Source: a virus
Lineage: Duplodnaviria > Caudoviricetes
Strand: one strand, 5' to 3'
Length of the DNA: 64,000 nt
Virus record (IMG/VR): IMGVR_UViG_3300029288_001872
Coordinates: 64,001 to 128,000 of that record
The notes beneath the pieces were generated by a model. That model saw only the letters and a list, made by a program, of their open reading frames with translations, was not told the origin of the DNA and did no database searches. The position numbers were made by a program, and so were the translations under genes. Below are positions 1 to 10,858 of the stretch, piece by piece (the stretch's first letter is position 1; every line of letters begins with the position of its first letter).

Positions 1-1454
1 AATTCTTGCCGGAAGGTCATCTCATCAAGAAACTCTCGTGCTGATGCTATTTCTTCATCGTCAAGTATGTCAGCCGAAATCCAATGGAATTGATCCCACT
101 CACTCTGTGTCCCTTTTTGTTTTGCTTCTCTAACTTTCTGTTTTGCATATTCAGATAATTCATAATAATGGTTCCTGCCCTCTGGCACCCCAATAAAGTC
201 ACACCATCCTTTTCTATCAGACAGTGCAGGTCGCACATGCTCAGGCCATGCCCTAGACTTCATATTGCCATATTCATCCAGTACACCACCATCCCAGGGT
301 GATCCCTCAATACGCTCAGGTTTGTCCATCCCAATAACCCACAATTCAGCACTACTCTTAAACTTAATCACCATATCTGATTCACGAATAGCTGTTCTTC
401 TATCCCTTCCTGGCAATGCCCAATCAGGCACCATGGCTTTCAGATCAGCCCAATAAATACGTTTTGCTTGTCCCCATGTAGGCGCAGCCACAAAATATCT
501 TGGCCCATAATCTTTAGAACAACTCATAGGGTCCAATGTACATGGCAATGGCATATCTATATTAGTATTCCATGGATCAATACATCTCAATATCAATTTT
601 CTTTTTGCCAATTCAGTATTATGTGTGACTATTCCATTAGCAAGAAAATTGTGATAATCTTTAACTGTTAGATCGTAAGTTTTTTCTGGTTTAACTTCCT
701 TTACTGATAATACTCTTTCCCATGTTATATCTGCATTAAGTAAAAAGTTGTATAAGTTTAAGTCTAAATATTTCTTTATTTTATTTAATTGATGTAAAGA
801 TATTCTTTCCATACATTGTTTAGTATTTCTATCTTTAAAACCCCTTTGCCAATCTTTAATTACTTTTAATAAATCTGATGGCGCGTCTTTTATATTTTCA
901 TCATATCCTTTTCTATATCCTTGATGTTTAACTGGTTCATATTTGGTATTATTCACTACTTCATCATAAGTCAATGGAATAAATTCACAACCATCAGAAT
1001 ATTGTTTAGACACTGCTACTAACATTCCTCTTTCTAGATTACCTGCTTCAACCCATTTTTTATTAGCCCAGATTGGATGGTTAGAAGTACATTTTAAATA
1101 TCTATATGCTTCATTAGTCCCTGATAATTTTATTTGTACAATAGACTTCTTTCCATTCTTTAAAACGTGCTCTACTTCTTTAGGCTCCAAAACATACATT
1201 GGATTGGCAGACAATACCATGTCACCAGCTTTAATTTTCTCTACTGGTTTTTGTTTGCCATTGGCCATAGTAACAAGTGTGCCTTTGGCAAGACATTTTC
1301 CAGAACGCCTTCCTGCTGGAACTACTTTAAATCTGGCTGGACTGTTTATAAGTCTAGATTGCTCATCGTGATCTCTTAATTTGGTCCATCTAGCCGGAAA
1401 ATCATTTCCAAGTTGTTTTGACTCTGATGCTCCATAACTGTGTTTAGGTGACAT
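1..1454 (-). CDS. terL: Terminase large subunit (5' part; runs off window edge), intein-containing
   Basis: Not in the ORF track. Manual translation from the ATG at 1454 (TAATG overlap with the upstream gene) is open to the window edge. It shows Walker A VVPAGRRSGK|intein|TELAKRK, then YFVAAPTWGQAK, Walker B IEGSPWDGGVLDEY and the coupling motif FIGVPEGRNHYY. Confidence 0.93.
   Translation of the reverse strand, partial: MSPKHSYGASESKQLGNDFPARWTKLRDHDEQSRLINSPARFKVVPAGRRSGKCLAKGTLVTMANGKQKPVEKIKAGDMVLSANPMYVLEPKEVEHVLKNGKKSIVQIKLSGTNEAYRYLKCTSNHPIWANKKWVEAGNLERGMLVAVSKQYSDGCEFIPLTYDEVVNNTKYEPVKHQGYRKGYDENIKDAPSDLLKVIKDWQRGFKDRNTKQCMERISLHQLNKIKKYLDLNLYNFLLNADITWERVLSVKEVKPEKTYDLTVKDYHNFLANGIVTHNTELAKRKLILRCIDPWNTNIDMPLPCTLDPMSCSKDYGPRYFVAAPTWGQAKRIYWADLKAMVPDWALPGRDRRTAIRESDMVIKFKSSAELWVIGMDKPERIEGSPWDGGVLDEYGNMKSRAWPEHVRPALSDRKGWCDFIGVPEGRNHYYELSEYAKQKVREAKQKGTQSEWDQFHWISADILDDEEIASAREFLDEMTFRQE
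618..1295 (-). mobile_element. Mini-intein (226 aa) in terminase Walker A
   Basis: Begins CLAKGTLVTMANG, has block B CTSNHPIW, and ends TYDLTVKDYHNFLANGIVTHN followed by Thr. No LAGLIDADG motif is visible. Confidence 0.93.
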
Positions 1455-2014
1455 TATTCGTTTTCAACCTTTTTGGGTGTTTTAGGCAAAGTATCCACCA
1501 TGCCTCCAATTTCTTTGCCAACTTTTTCAAAATAAGTTTCTTCTTCATCTTCTTTCTGATATCCCTTACCAACAGGCTGCCTTCTCTCTGGCGAAGCACT
1601 ACCAAACCATTCCTTGTAACCCATATTCAAAAGGATAGCACCTTTGTCTGTAGTTGCTCTCTTGATTATTTCCCCCATCCAATATTTCTTGAAATGGACT
1701 TTTCCGTATTTCAACTCATAACCAAACTTTCTAATAACAGTAGAATAACTAATAGGACCATAAGGGCAGATGACTTGGGCTATTTCTTCTGGTGTGCTGC
1801 CAGTGGCTACCATCCCAGCAACAATAACTCTGTCTTCCTCAGTAGGCTCCCAATTTTTGATTACACTTGATTTTACTTTTTTCTCAGCAGGAATTTTTCT
1901 TATTTTGTGAGAACTTTTTTCTAGCGGGATTGGAAGGTCTAACCCTTTTGCTATAGGAATTACATTCGCTGGTGGGTTTTCCTTCTTGATTCGTTTGATA
2001 ATTTTCTTTGCCAT
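1454..2014 (-). CDS. Probable terminase small subunit / HTH protein
   Basis: 186 aa, translationally coupled to terL, with an HTH-like segment (PTEEDRVIVAGMVATGSTPEEIAQVI...TVIRKFGYELKYG). Confidence 0.7.
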   Translation of the reverse strand: MAKKIIKRIKKENPPANVIPIAKGLDLPIPLEKSSHKIRKIPAEKKVKSSVIKNWEPTEEDRVIVAGMVATGSTPEEIAQVICPYGPISYSTVIRKFGYELKYGKVHFKKYWMGEIIKRATTDKGAILLNMGYKEWFGSASPERRQPVGKGYQKEDEEETYFEKVGKEIGGMVDTLPKTPKKVENE

Positions 2015-2075
2015 CTTCTCTCTCTAAAATATATTGACTTGAAATCGTCTAAATTTTAATTGTATTGATACCTTT

Positions 2076-2104
2076 ATTATAGAATATTGGAAATTATTTG
2101 TCAA
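2076..2104 (-). promoter_or_regulatory. Sigma70-type promoter for the terminase operon
   Basis: TTGACA-17 nt-TATAAT on the - strand. Confidence 0.75.
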
Positions 2105-2293
2105 GACTAAAGTTGCATTTTTGTAGGACAGACAGCAAATAATTTCATTACAACCTACTTTTTTGTATAAATTGGTCCGTAACGACCAATTTTTACTTAA
2201 ATTCTGTTTAATTTTTAGAATTTCTTCTATTCTAAAAATTTCTTGAAAATTCTTTTCTCTAAAAATTTTTTGAGGATTCTTGAAACTTTTCTA

Positions 2294-2322
2294 TTGACAA
2301 ATATTTTTAAAAATTCTATAAT
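2294..2322 (+). promoter_or_regulatory. Sigma70-type promoter (divergent)
   Basis: TTGACA-17 nt-TATAAT, followed by a GAGGAG RBS before 2359. Confidence 0.8.
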
Positions 2323-2358
2323 AAATTCAAATAAGGAAACAAAAAAGAGGAGAAATTA

Positions 2359-3858
2359 ATGAATTCTAAAAACCAAGAAATTACAGTAGATGATTTAATC
2401 TTTTTATTCAGAGTTAGGAATACTGCAAATAGGCGTGAATTGGCTAAATTAATTGATAGAACCCCTGAAACTATTTTAGGTTGGATCAAGAGCAACAAAA
2501 TACCAAAATATTATCAAATTATTTTAAATGAAATAAAAACACAGAATATATTATGGAGCAATTCAAGCAATACAATTCTTAATGTATATGATAGTTATTT
2601 ACTAGCAAGATGGTATTGGCAAGGATTTAAAATTGTAGAAATTTCAAATACCGTAGGTGCTAGTATCCAAAGTGTCTCTAGTTTTCTGGCAAAACACAAA
2701 ATTAGAGAAAAAGAATTTGGAAGAAAAGGACCAAGAAAAAATAAAAAAGAAAGATTGAAAGAAATCAAAGAAAAATATGGAGAATTAGTCTATAATCTAA
2801 TTCTAGATTACCCAAACGATCCTTTAACTAGTATGGTTGATATCGCTAAATTAATGTCAAAATCTAGACAAAGAGTTAAACAAATTTTAGATATAATACA
2901 TGGGAAAGAAAAACTAAGTTTAAAAAAGAAGTCAAAAACTACTTGTATTATCAAGAACAATCTTCCAGAACCATTTAATTCAAAATTACAAGAAGAGGGT
3001 ATAAAATATATTAAATTAAATAGTATTTTATATGAGGCGGAAAATGAAAAAACATTTGTTCTTCGCAAATTATCAAAAATAAAAACACATTATAGATTAA
3101 CTACCTTAGCAAAATGTGATTTCATTGTCTTTGAAAACAACAATGAGGTTTATGTTGTTTCATATCCAGATTTTGATACGACCACAATTTACTTCAATAA
3201 AATTTATGATTTCTCTAAATTAAAAGACTTCTCCTGTCTTAAAAACAAACCAAATAGAAAAGAAAAAGAGAAAGAAGAAGAATCCATTCCTTACGGTTAT
3301 TGTCATTGTGGTTGTGGACAGAAAACAGAAGTATTAAAAAGTTCTATTGGCAAATATAAAAAAGAAGAACCAAAAAAATACATTAAAGGACATCGCAAAA
3401 ACTATTCTTGTAAAACAGAAGACTTTTTATGTTCGATATGTGATAAAAAGATAAAAAGGAGAAATTGGTCTCAAGAAATTGTTTGTCCATCTTGCAAAAA
3501 CAAAACGACTAATACAAATATAGAAAAAAACAAAAGATGTAAAAATTGTGAAAATAATTTTATCCCAAAATACAACGACAATAATAACAAGAAGGGGTTT
3601 TGTTCTGAGGAATGCCATATTAACTATATACAAAAAGAACAACAAGATTTGTCAGAAAGATTTGAAAAAATAAAATATGAATTATCTTCAAAAGGTATAA
3701 CTTTGTCTGATATAGCAAAATTAATGAATGTTAGTCTTGCAACTGTCAAAGTGAGATGGTGGAAAGGAGATATAAATAAACAAAGGATTGAGGAATTAGA
3801 ATTGTTACCAAAGAAGAGAAGACTTGAAGAATTAAATGTTTCGCTAAAAATAAAATAA
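2359..3858 (+). CDS. Multi-HTH / Cys-rich DNA-binding protein (homing-endonuclease-associated modules)
   Basis: Several HTH-like segments, a CHCGCGQKT...KKYIKGH motif and multiple CxxC zinc ribbons. No clear nuclease active site seen. Confidence 0.55.
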   Translation: MNSKNQEITVDDLIFLFRVRNTANRRELAKLIDRTPETILGWIKSNKIPKYYQIILNEIKTQNILWSNSSNTILNVYDSYLLARWYWQGFKIVEISNTVGASIQSVSSFLAKHKIREKEFGRKGPRKNKKERLKEIKEKYGELVYNLILDYPNDPLTSMVDIAKLMSKSRQRVKQILDIIHGKEKLSLKKKSKTTCIIKNNLPEPFNSKLQEEGIKYIKLNSILYEAENEKTFVLRKLSKIKTHYRLTTLAKCDFIVFENNNEVYVVSYPDFDTTTIYFNKIYDFSKLKDFSCLKNKPNRKEKEKEEESIPYGYCHCGCGQKTEVLKSSIGKYKKEEPKKYIKGHRKNYSCKTEDFLCSICDKKIKRRNWSQEIVCPSCKNKTTNTNIEKNKRCKNCENNFIPKYNDNNNKKGFCSEECHINYIQKEQQDLSERFEKIKYELSSKGITLSDIAKLMNVSLATVKVRWWKGDINKQRIEELELLPKKRRLEELNVSLKIK

Positions 3859-3894
3859 TTGTTATAATATAAAATTTAAAAAGGATGAATATCT

Positions 3895-4659
3895 ATGGGA
3901 AGAAGACCTCCGGGACCAATGAAATCATCAGATAAAGAAGAAATAATTCTTTATTTAAAAGATTTATCCAAAAGAGTTAATTCAAATAATCCAACTGCCA
4001 AACAAGTTGAAGCAGACGGCCAAGTCAGCCCAGCAACAATCATCAGAGCGTTTGGAGGATTTAGCGAAGCATTAATACAAGCCGATTTGAAACCAAGTAG
4101 GATTTACAACCGCAATAGACTTCTAATGCTAAGTGAATTGGGTTGTTTGGTACAAAAATTAGGTAGAAAACCTTCAAAAACAGAAATCAAAGAAAATCTA
4201 GATTACAATGCTAGACATTATGAAAAAGAATTCGGTAGCATTTCAAAAGCGATTGAGTTAATCAATCTAGGTAAAATAACAAAGAATGATGATAATGGAC
4301 TCCGAATTTTAACCAAGACAAAATCAAGAAGGAAATATGGCCCCTCTATTGATTTCCCAGGATTAAGACACGCCCCAACAAATGAATTGGGAGTAGTCTT
4401 CCTCTTTGGGATGTTAGTAGAGAAACTTGGCTTTTCAGTAGAAAGTATACAAAAAGATTTCCCAGATTGTGAAGCTAAACTAATAAGAGCAGATGGCTCT
4501 TATGAAAAAGTCAAAATTGAATTTGAATACAATAGCAAGTCTTTTGAACAACATGGTCATGACCCAAAGGGGTGCGACTTAATTGTTTGTTGGGTACATG
4601 ATTGGAAAGACTGCCCTCTAGAAGTCCTTGAATTATCTTCAAAATTAGAAGAAAAATAA
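3895..4659 (+). CDS. Homing-endonuclease-associated repeats + PD-(D/E)xK nuclease domain
   Basis: Two N-terminal repeats (PT...TIIRAFGGFSEAL; PS...YEKEFGSISKAI) and a C-terminal FPDC...IEFEYNSKSF..HGH...CDLIVCW motif. Confidence 0.7.
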   Translation: MGRRPPGPMKSSDKEEIILYLKDLSKRVNSNNPTAKQVEADGQVSPATIIRAFGGFSEALIQADLKPSRIYNRNRLLMLSELGCLVQKLGRKPSKTEIKENLDYNARHYEKEFGSISKAIELINLGKITKNDDNGLRILTKTKSRRKYGPSIDFPGLRHAPTNELGVVFLFGMLVEKLGFSVESIQKDFPDCEAKLIRADGSYEKVKIEFEYNSKSFEQHGHDPKGCDLIVCWVHDWKDCPLEVLELSSKLEEK

Positions 4660-4735
4660 TTGGAGAAAATAAATTGAAATTTTTTCTCAAAAATACCTTG
4701 ACACAGGCTCTTCTCTCATATAATATGGTAACTAA

Positions 4736-4807
4736 AGGATAGAGTCACCTATCCTGAGACCCGCTGCCCTATGCTAAACGCTCCCCCGGCGATTAGGGCA
4801 GCAGGTC
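4736..4807 (+). ncRNA. Candidate structured RNA / leader (two GC-rich hairpins)
   Basis: AGGATAG/CTATCCT stem, then a GACC-C-GCTGCCCTA/TAGGGCAGC-A-GGTC stem, just after a TTGACA promoter at 4698. Confidence 0.4.
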
Positions 4808-5206
4808 GATTCCAAATTGACTAGGATAAATTTCTATGGCCTACGCAAGTCTTGATGATTGGTTTAAACGAGCAGATGGTGAAACCAGTGGCGATATGGT
4901 TCATGACATACTTTATAGTTGGAAAGAAGATTTAAAAAGATTCGAAAAATTAATTGATGTGATCCATCAATGTGATTGTGATTGTTGTACTGGAAAATGT
5001 CTTGAATGTTCAATTGGAAAAGATGTCTTAGAAGGTAAATAATAATTGCCAATCTTCAATTCATTTGATGAATTAAGAAAGCATTATTTTCCGAAACAAT
5101 ATGTTAAAGAACACATACTAGAAATAATTGAAGAGTTATTATATAGTGATATATCAAAAGAGGACTTTCTAAAATTAATGGATGAAGTGAAGGAGAAAGA
5201 AACAGT

Positions 5207-5494
5207 ATGACTAAATTATTACACATGGAAATTGACAAATGTGAAGATTGTCTGTTTAGACAATGGTATTGTGATTATAACGATCCCGAAAATGAAGATG
5301 AATATGAGTGTGATGGTACTGCTGGATATTGGTGTTACTTTCCAGATAGTGAAGTCTGGTGGGTTACAATAATTAGAGATTTAGGAAAAGATTTAGATAT
5401 TCCAAGAAATGAATATAGAGGAGATTTTCCAGAAAAATGTCCATTGAAAGATATCAATTCTAAAGATAAGGAGAATACATATGTCAAAAATTAA
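5207..5494 (+). CDS. Cys-rich hypothetical protein
   Basis: RBS AAGGAG; CxxC...CPL pattern typical of small phage proteins. Confidence 0.7.
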   Translation: MTKLLHMEIDKCEDCLFRQWYCDYNDPENEDEYECDGTAGYWCYFPDSEVWWVTIIRDLGKDLDIPRNEYRGDFPEKCPLKDINSKDKENTYVKN

Positions 5495-5708
5495 TGAGTT
5501 AACAATTGGAAATTTCAAAAAACAAAAACATGAACTTGAACAAAATATCTTACTAGATATTTCAAAAAGGTTAGAAGATTTCAGAACAAAGAATGGTTTT
5601 AGCCCATATCGACTTGATGTTGATTTGGTTGAAACCACTAACCTTGGCCAATTACCAGACAGAGATTATGTCATTAGTTCAATAAAAGCAAAATTTGAAA
5701 TTTATTAA
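5481..5708 (+). CDS. Hypothetical protein
   Basis: RBS AAGGAG; overlaps the upstream gene. Confidence 0.7.
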   Translation: MSKINELTIGNFKKQKHELEQNILLDISKRLEDFRTKNGFSPYRLDVDLVETTNLGQLPDRDYVISSIKAKFEIY

Positions 5709-5742
5709 AAAAAAAGAATTCTTTACAACAAAGGTTTTTTGA

Positions 5743-6114
5743 ATGACCCAACACAAACTTATATCACTTGCTATAGAAGAGGCATTCAAATCAACACATC
5801 AACACAAAATTGGTGCCATTATCTATACCAACAAAGGTATCATAAGCAAAGGCCATAATGATGCAAATACATGGCGACACAATCTGCATCCTAAATATAA
5901 AAGATGGCCCACATCAATCCACGCAGAGGTCGCAGCTATATTATCTGCCAAAAAAGATTTGAAAGGATGTTTCATCATAGTAATCAGAGTAAATAAAATA
6001 GGTGAATTAAGAATGGCTAAACCATGTAATTTATGTATGAATTATATAAATTACGTTGGCATCAAGAAGGTTACTTATTCTACTGGTAATGGGATGGAGA
6101 CTATTGTATTATGA
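5743..6114 (+). CDS. Cytidine/dCMP-deaminase-fold zinc-dependent deaminase
   Basis: HKIGAII...KGHN...SIHAEVAAI...AKPCNLC (HxE and PCxxC motifs). Confidence 0.85.
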   Translation: MTQHKLISLAIEEAFKSTHQHKIGAIIYTNKGIISKGHNDANTWRHNLHPKYKRWPTSIHAEVAAILSAKKDLKGCFIIVIRVNKIGELRMAKPCNLCMNYINYVGIKKVTYSTGNGMETIVL

Positions 6115-7327
6115 ATATTTTTCCTGTAAAAAATATTTTACCTTTGACTTTACCAATTAATTAAGTTATGGTTACTCAAATGCTTAAAACATTCAAATAC
6201 CGACTTTATCCTACCAAGAAACAGGCATCCTCTTTAGATTCCATTCTTGATGAATGTCGGTATGTTTACAACCGTCTACTTGAACAAAGAAAATATGCTT
6301 GGGAAATTCAGGAAGTATTTCTTGGTTATTACCAGCAAGCCAAGATGCTCCCAGCAATCAAAACCGCTCATAAAATACATTTGGCTCATTCTCAAGTTTT
6401 GCAAAATGTGGCTATCAGGGTTGATTTGGCTTTTAAATCCTTCTTTAGAAGAATCAAAACAAGTGACAAACCAGGATATCCAAGATTCAAAGGTAAAGGC
6501 TGGTATGATTCTATAACTTTTCCACAAGTGCCTTCTGGTTGTAGAATCAAAGGGGATAGATTAGTAGTTTCTAGAGTAGGTCATATTAAAATAGTCATAC
6601 ATCGTAAGATGTATGGCAAGTCCAAAACGGCCACCATCCGCCGATCCTCTACTGGCAAATGGTATGTGACTTTTGTTTGTGAAGTTGAGGCTCAACATCT
6701 CATGGTCAGCGTCAAGGTCGTAGGTATTGATATGGGTCTGCACACCTTCGCTATGCTCTCTGATGGAATTTCCATCAAAAACCCTCGCTTCTTCCAAAAA
6801 GAAGAAAAAGTTCTGGCCAAAGCACAAAGGGGGTTGAGCAAAACGGTTAAATGTACATCTGAAAGAGTTAAACGCCGCAAGGTGGTTAGCCGGATACATG
6901 AACGCATAAGATTTCGTAGAGACAACTTCTCTCATCAAGAATCCAAAAAGATCGTTACCCAATATGGAATAATTTGTGTTGAAGATTTGACTGTCAACCA
7001 TATGATTCATAACCATCGTCTTGCTAAAAGTATTGCGGATGCAGCTTGGTCCGGGTTCTTCACCATGCTCTCCTACAAAGCTGAAAACGCTGGTAGGAAT
7101 CTAGTGAAAGTCAATCCGGCCTACACGAGCCAAGACTGTCACAGGTGCGGACACCGGCAAAAACTTACCCTTGCTAACCGTATCTACGAATGCCCGTGCT
7201 GTGGTTTGCATATAGACCGCGACCTCAATGCTGCTAAAAATATTTTGAGATTGGGAATGCAATCTCAAGAGAGTCAGATTAATCTGACTCTCTGAAAGCC
7301 CTCTACTTTAACTGAGGGAGCATTCAC
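6112..7327 (+). mobile_element. IS200/IS605-family TnpB-only element #1
   Basis: Left hairpin AATATTTTT-CCTGT-AAAAAATATT, tnpB, right-end hairpin CCCTC..GAGGG ending CATTCAC at 7327. Left boundary approximate. Confidence 0.75.
6168..7295 (+). CDS. tnpB: RNA-guided endonuclease TnpB
   Basis: KTFKYRLYPT HTH, GYPRFK, RuvC motifs GIDMG / VEDL / DRDLNAA, Zn finger CHRCG..CPCCG. Confidence 0.95.
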   Translation: MVTQMLKTFKYRLYPTKKQASSLDSILDECRYVYNRLLEQRKYAWEIQEVFLGYYQQAKMLPAIKTAHKIHLAHSQVLQNVAIRVDLAFKSFFRRIKTSDKPGYPRFKGKGWYDSITFPQVPSGCRIKGDRLVVSRVGHIKIVIHRKMYGKSKTATIRRSSTGKWYVTFVCEVEAQHLMVSVKVVGIDMGLHTFAMLSDGISIKNPRFFQKEEKVLAKAQRGLSKTVKCTSERVKRRKVVSRIHERIRFRRDNFSHQESKKIVTQYGIICVEDLTVNHMIHNHRLAKSIADAAWSGFFTMLSYKAENAGRNLVKVNPAYTSQDCHRCGHRQKLTLANRIYECPCCGLHIDRDLNAAKNILRLGMQSQESQINLTL

Positions 7328-7483
7328 TTTCCTTTAGCGCCTTATGTGGAATATCCACCTTGGTTTAAAAACGAAGAATTTCATTTAAGTCATCAAAGTA
7401 ATTTAATTAGAAAATTACCAGAGCATTACAGTAAATATTTTCCAAATGTGCCAAATAATTTACCATATATTTGGCCTGTGTAA
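7328..7483 (+). pseudogene. 3' remnant of an MSMEG_6728-like / pyrimidine-dimer-glycosylase-like gene
   Basis: Frame starting right after the IS end reads FPLAPYVEYPPWFKNEEFHLSHQSNLIRKLPEHYSKYFPNVPNNLPYIWPV*, matching the family's C-terminal PPW..FH.SH.S.L.RK.P.HY...FP.VP..LPY.WP pattern. No start codon is present. Confidence 0.7.
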
Positions 7484-7633
7484 AAATTATGAATAATAAA
7501 ACTTGTGAACATGATTATAAAAATTGTATCAGAAAAGGACGAGCATATTATGTTTGTCCTATATGTGGCAAGGATATAACTTTGGAAATAGTGTTGATGG
7601 AAGAAGTAAAAAGAAAAAAGAAGGATATATAAA

Positions 7634-10600
7634 ATGGCAACAATATTTGATGGTTTTGATTTCACAGAATTATACACTGCCTATAATCTTGAACTTTGTC
7701 CAGATGAAGAAATAGCAGAAAACAATCTAGAAGATTTAACTGATTATCCTGCAAAAGCCATACAAGAATATTTGGATTGGGTATTAAAAATTTCTATGGG
7801 TGGTTTAAGAAATACTGGTTCTGGTCCACAAAGAATATTACAAGAAGCTGCATTTGATTTACGTTTATTTTTAATCGCATTGGCAGATGATTTGGACAGC
7901 GGTTGGGGTTATCACGGACCTGTATTTCGTGGTTTATCACAAGTGAAAGATGACTGGTCTATGATTCAAATGGCAGTTGGTTTAATACCATCTATGTGGA
8001 GTTAAAAATGAATATTAAAAAAATCACAACACAAGAAATTTCCTACGGATTTGGCGAACCATGTTGCAGAGATTTACAATCTCATATTCATGCTGGTTCT
8101 ATACGAATAGAAACTATTGCAGAACATGGGACTAGTAAAAAAGTTTGGTCTATAGTATTTATGAAAAGCAAAATTAATTTTTGTCCATTCTGTAGTGAAA
8201 AATTTGAGTTGGGTGAATAAAAATGACTAACTTTAAAGAAATTAAATTAACTAAAGGAAAATTAAAAGGCAAGACAGCAATATTTGAAACAGAAGGCAAA
8301 ACAGTACAGATATGTTGCCAGAATTGTGGTTACACAGATTGGCAAACTTTCTTTATCAAAACATTTGGCGTCAGAGACATAGGAAGAAATTGTCCAGAAT
8401 GTGGCTCTGAATTATGGTTTGATGAATAATAAATACTATACTATACTAATTTAGTAGGAATTAAATAAATGATTAAAAACCCAATAACTAAAAAACCACC
8501 TTTAGATGAAACCCCAAGAAACAAATCTGGAAAAAAGAAACGAAGAGAAACTGTTTGCGAAGATAAAAGGCGTGGATTAAATTGTCATATTTGTGGGTCT
8601 GACAATATCGTTTATGAAGTTTTAGGTTGGTGTGAAGTTTGTGATAAAGAAACTTTCAATATTACTCTGCAAGAAATGTATTGGAGATTTAATTGGGATG
8701 AAATAGAATCGCCATGTAATTGTAATGATATTCAATATAAAGAATATAAATTAAGAAGACGATGGAAGAAAAATCCTAGACATTATGATTCAATCAAAGT
8801 GTGCCTAACTTGTAATAGTATGGAAGCAAAAACTTGTCCTAATTGTCATGGAAATTGTTGGACTTCGCCATTCGGAGAAAAAAGATGCAGCAGTTGTGGC
8901 TATAGGCATAAAGGGTATAAAAAGGAGAAGTTATGACAGACCCGCCAATCCACCTCCCGCCTTCACAAGACCCTTACAGTGAGCCGTCTGTTCATGCAGA
9001 GGTGTGGCTCCCACAATCTAATCTTGATGGTCTTCACGCGCTGTTGCAATGGCTTGACGGCTATGAAAGCGCCAAAAGCGGAAATATACCTGGACATTTT
9101 GAATTGATAAGCCATTTTCGACAATTGAAGTCGAGTATTTCTGCTTTGAACAAAAAAGATAAATAAATGGCTTATCAAATCACATATCTCATCATAGGTT
9201 TATTTATTGCTTATCTATTTTCTCGTTACACTTTTAGGCAACTTTCACCATGCAGTTTTGAAGATTGTATCGTGGTAGGAATTTCTTTTATTGTAGGTTT
9301 ATTTTTATGGCCAGCTATATTAGGATTTGTACTAATTGGTGGTATTATTTGGGTTATAAAAGAATATTCGTAATGAAGTCTATAAATACCAAAACCCACC
9401 ATATTTTTAAAACCAATTTCAACAAATGAATAAAAAGCGGTTTGGTCATGAATAAAAGACAACGCAAAAAGAAGAAAAAGAAATTTATCAGAGGTACATT
9501 ACTACCGCCTGGGAAAACACATAAGTCTAAAAAAGACTATAACAGGAAAAATAAAAAACAGATAGAGGAGGAATGAAGATGCAAAAATCTATATGTGGAA
9601 CTCCCACACACAAATTAAAACAAGTAGAACCGTTTTTTTATAAAATATGTGAAAAATGTATGATGAAATTTAAACAAGAATTTGGATGGAAATATAAGAA
9701 ATACAGAGGCGATATCTCTCGTTATTTATGTGCTCGGTGCGCTCCAACAGAACAAGAAGCCAGAAGTTATTTTTTAACAGAACGTCCAAACTTCCCAAAT
9801 TGGATGTTATGTGATGATTAAAAAGATAGAGGAGGAATGAAAATGAAAACCAAACTAGGTGATGTATCAGTAGGAGCATATAGTAGTAAAGAGGGAGCGT
9901 GGGAAGAACTTCAAAGTTTTCTTAATGAGAATGAAATTAAAGTTACCTCAGAAATGGAAAAGAATTTTCAAGAATTTCTATTTATAGGTTATGAAGTTAT
10001 TTTAAATGTGACAATTTATGATGATGGAACTTTTGAAGTTACAGATATTGATTATGGTGGAAAAACTTACAAGAAGGGAAAATAAAATGCGAACTCCAAA
10101 AGATGAATTTTGTCTTAATGAATTGAACAGGAATAAACCCACCAGTCCAAAGCCAAGCGAACCGCCAAAAGGACAAAAAACAGATCAAACTAATAAAGGA
10201 GAACTAATTAAAATGACCAAAGAATACGTTTTTGAAATTTACGGACCACCAGAAATTTTAAACGATACAATGGAAAAGAAACTAAACACAATAGCAGAAA
10301 AATACAATGGTGAATGGTTTAATTTCGGCACTGCTTTTGATGGTGATATGTCACAAAGAGACATAGATTGGTTCTTCAAATCAGTCAAAGACAGAAGCAA
10401 ATTCAAGAAAGAAGTTGAGAAAATATTCAAAACCGATGAAGTGTTTTTTAATATATATACTGATGAGGTGTGAAAGATGAATGAAACTGAACTTATAATC
10501 GCAAATAAAGGAACAATATCTGAATACTTCTGTAATGATTGCGGTCAATTAAGATTACCCTTCAAACCAAAAGCAGATATTTGTGGAAATTGTGGTAAAA

Positions 10601-10858
10601 CAAATTTAATTATAGGTGAAGTCAATTCTCTAAACAAAGAACAACTTAAAGAAGAATGGAGATTAAGAAATGAGTAAAAACTTAACCTTTAAATATATTT
10701 GTTATGGCGGAACAATGGTTAAGAGAATTAACTTTGAGTCTTATGAGCAATATTATCAATGTCCTCATGCTAGTGATGAACTAAATGGTTTTCCTGCTTG
10801 CAAAACTTGTGATGGTAAGTTAGAAGGAACGGTTGATATAAAAATAATGTATAAATGA
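7634..10858 (+). other. Cluster of about 12 small hypothetical genes, many with CxxC zinc ribbons (7634, 8008, 8223, 8469, 8933, 9167, 9573, 9837, 10213, 10477, 10670)
   Basis: Tightly packed, coupled ORFs with RBSs; no recognisable enzymes. 9167..9373 is a two-TM membrane protein. Confidence 0.7.

Noticed and set aside
47-1870. Short track ORFs over the terminase region
   Set aside because: They overlap the continuous terL/terS frames on the - strand.
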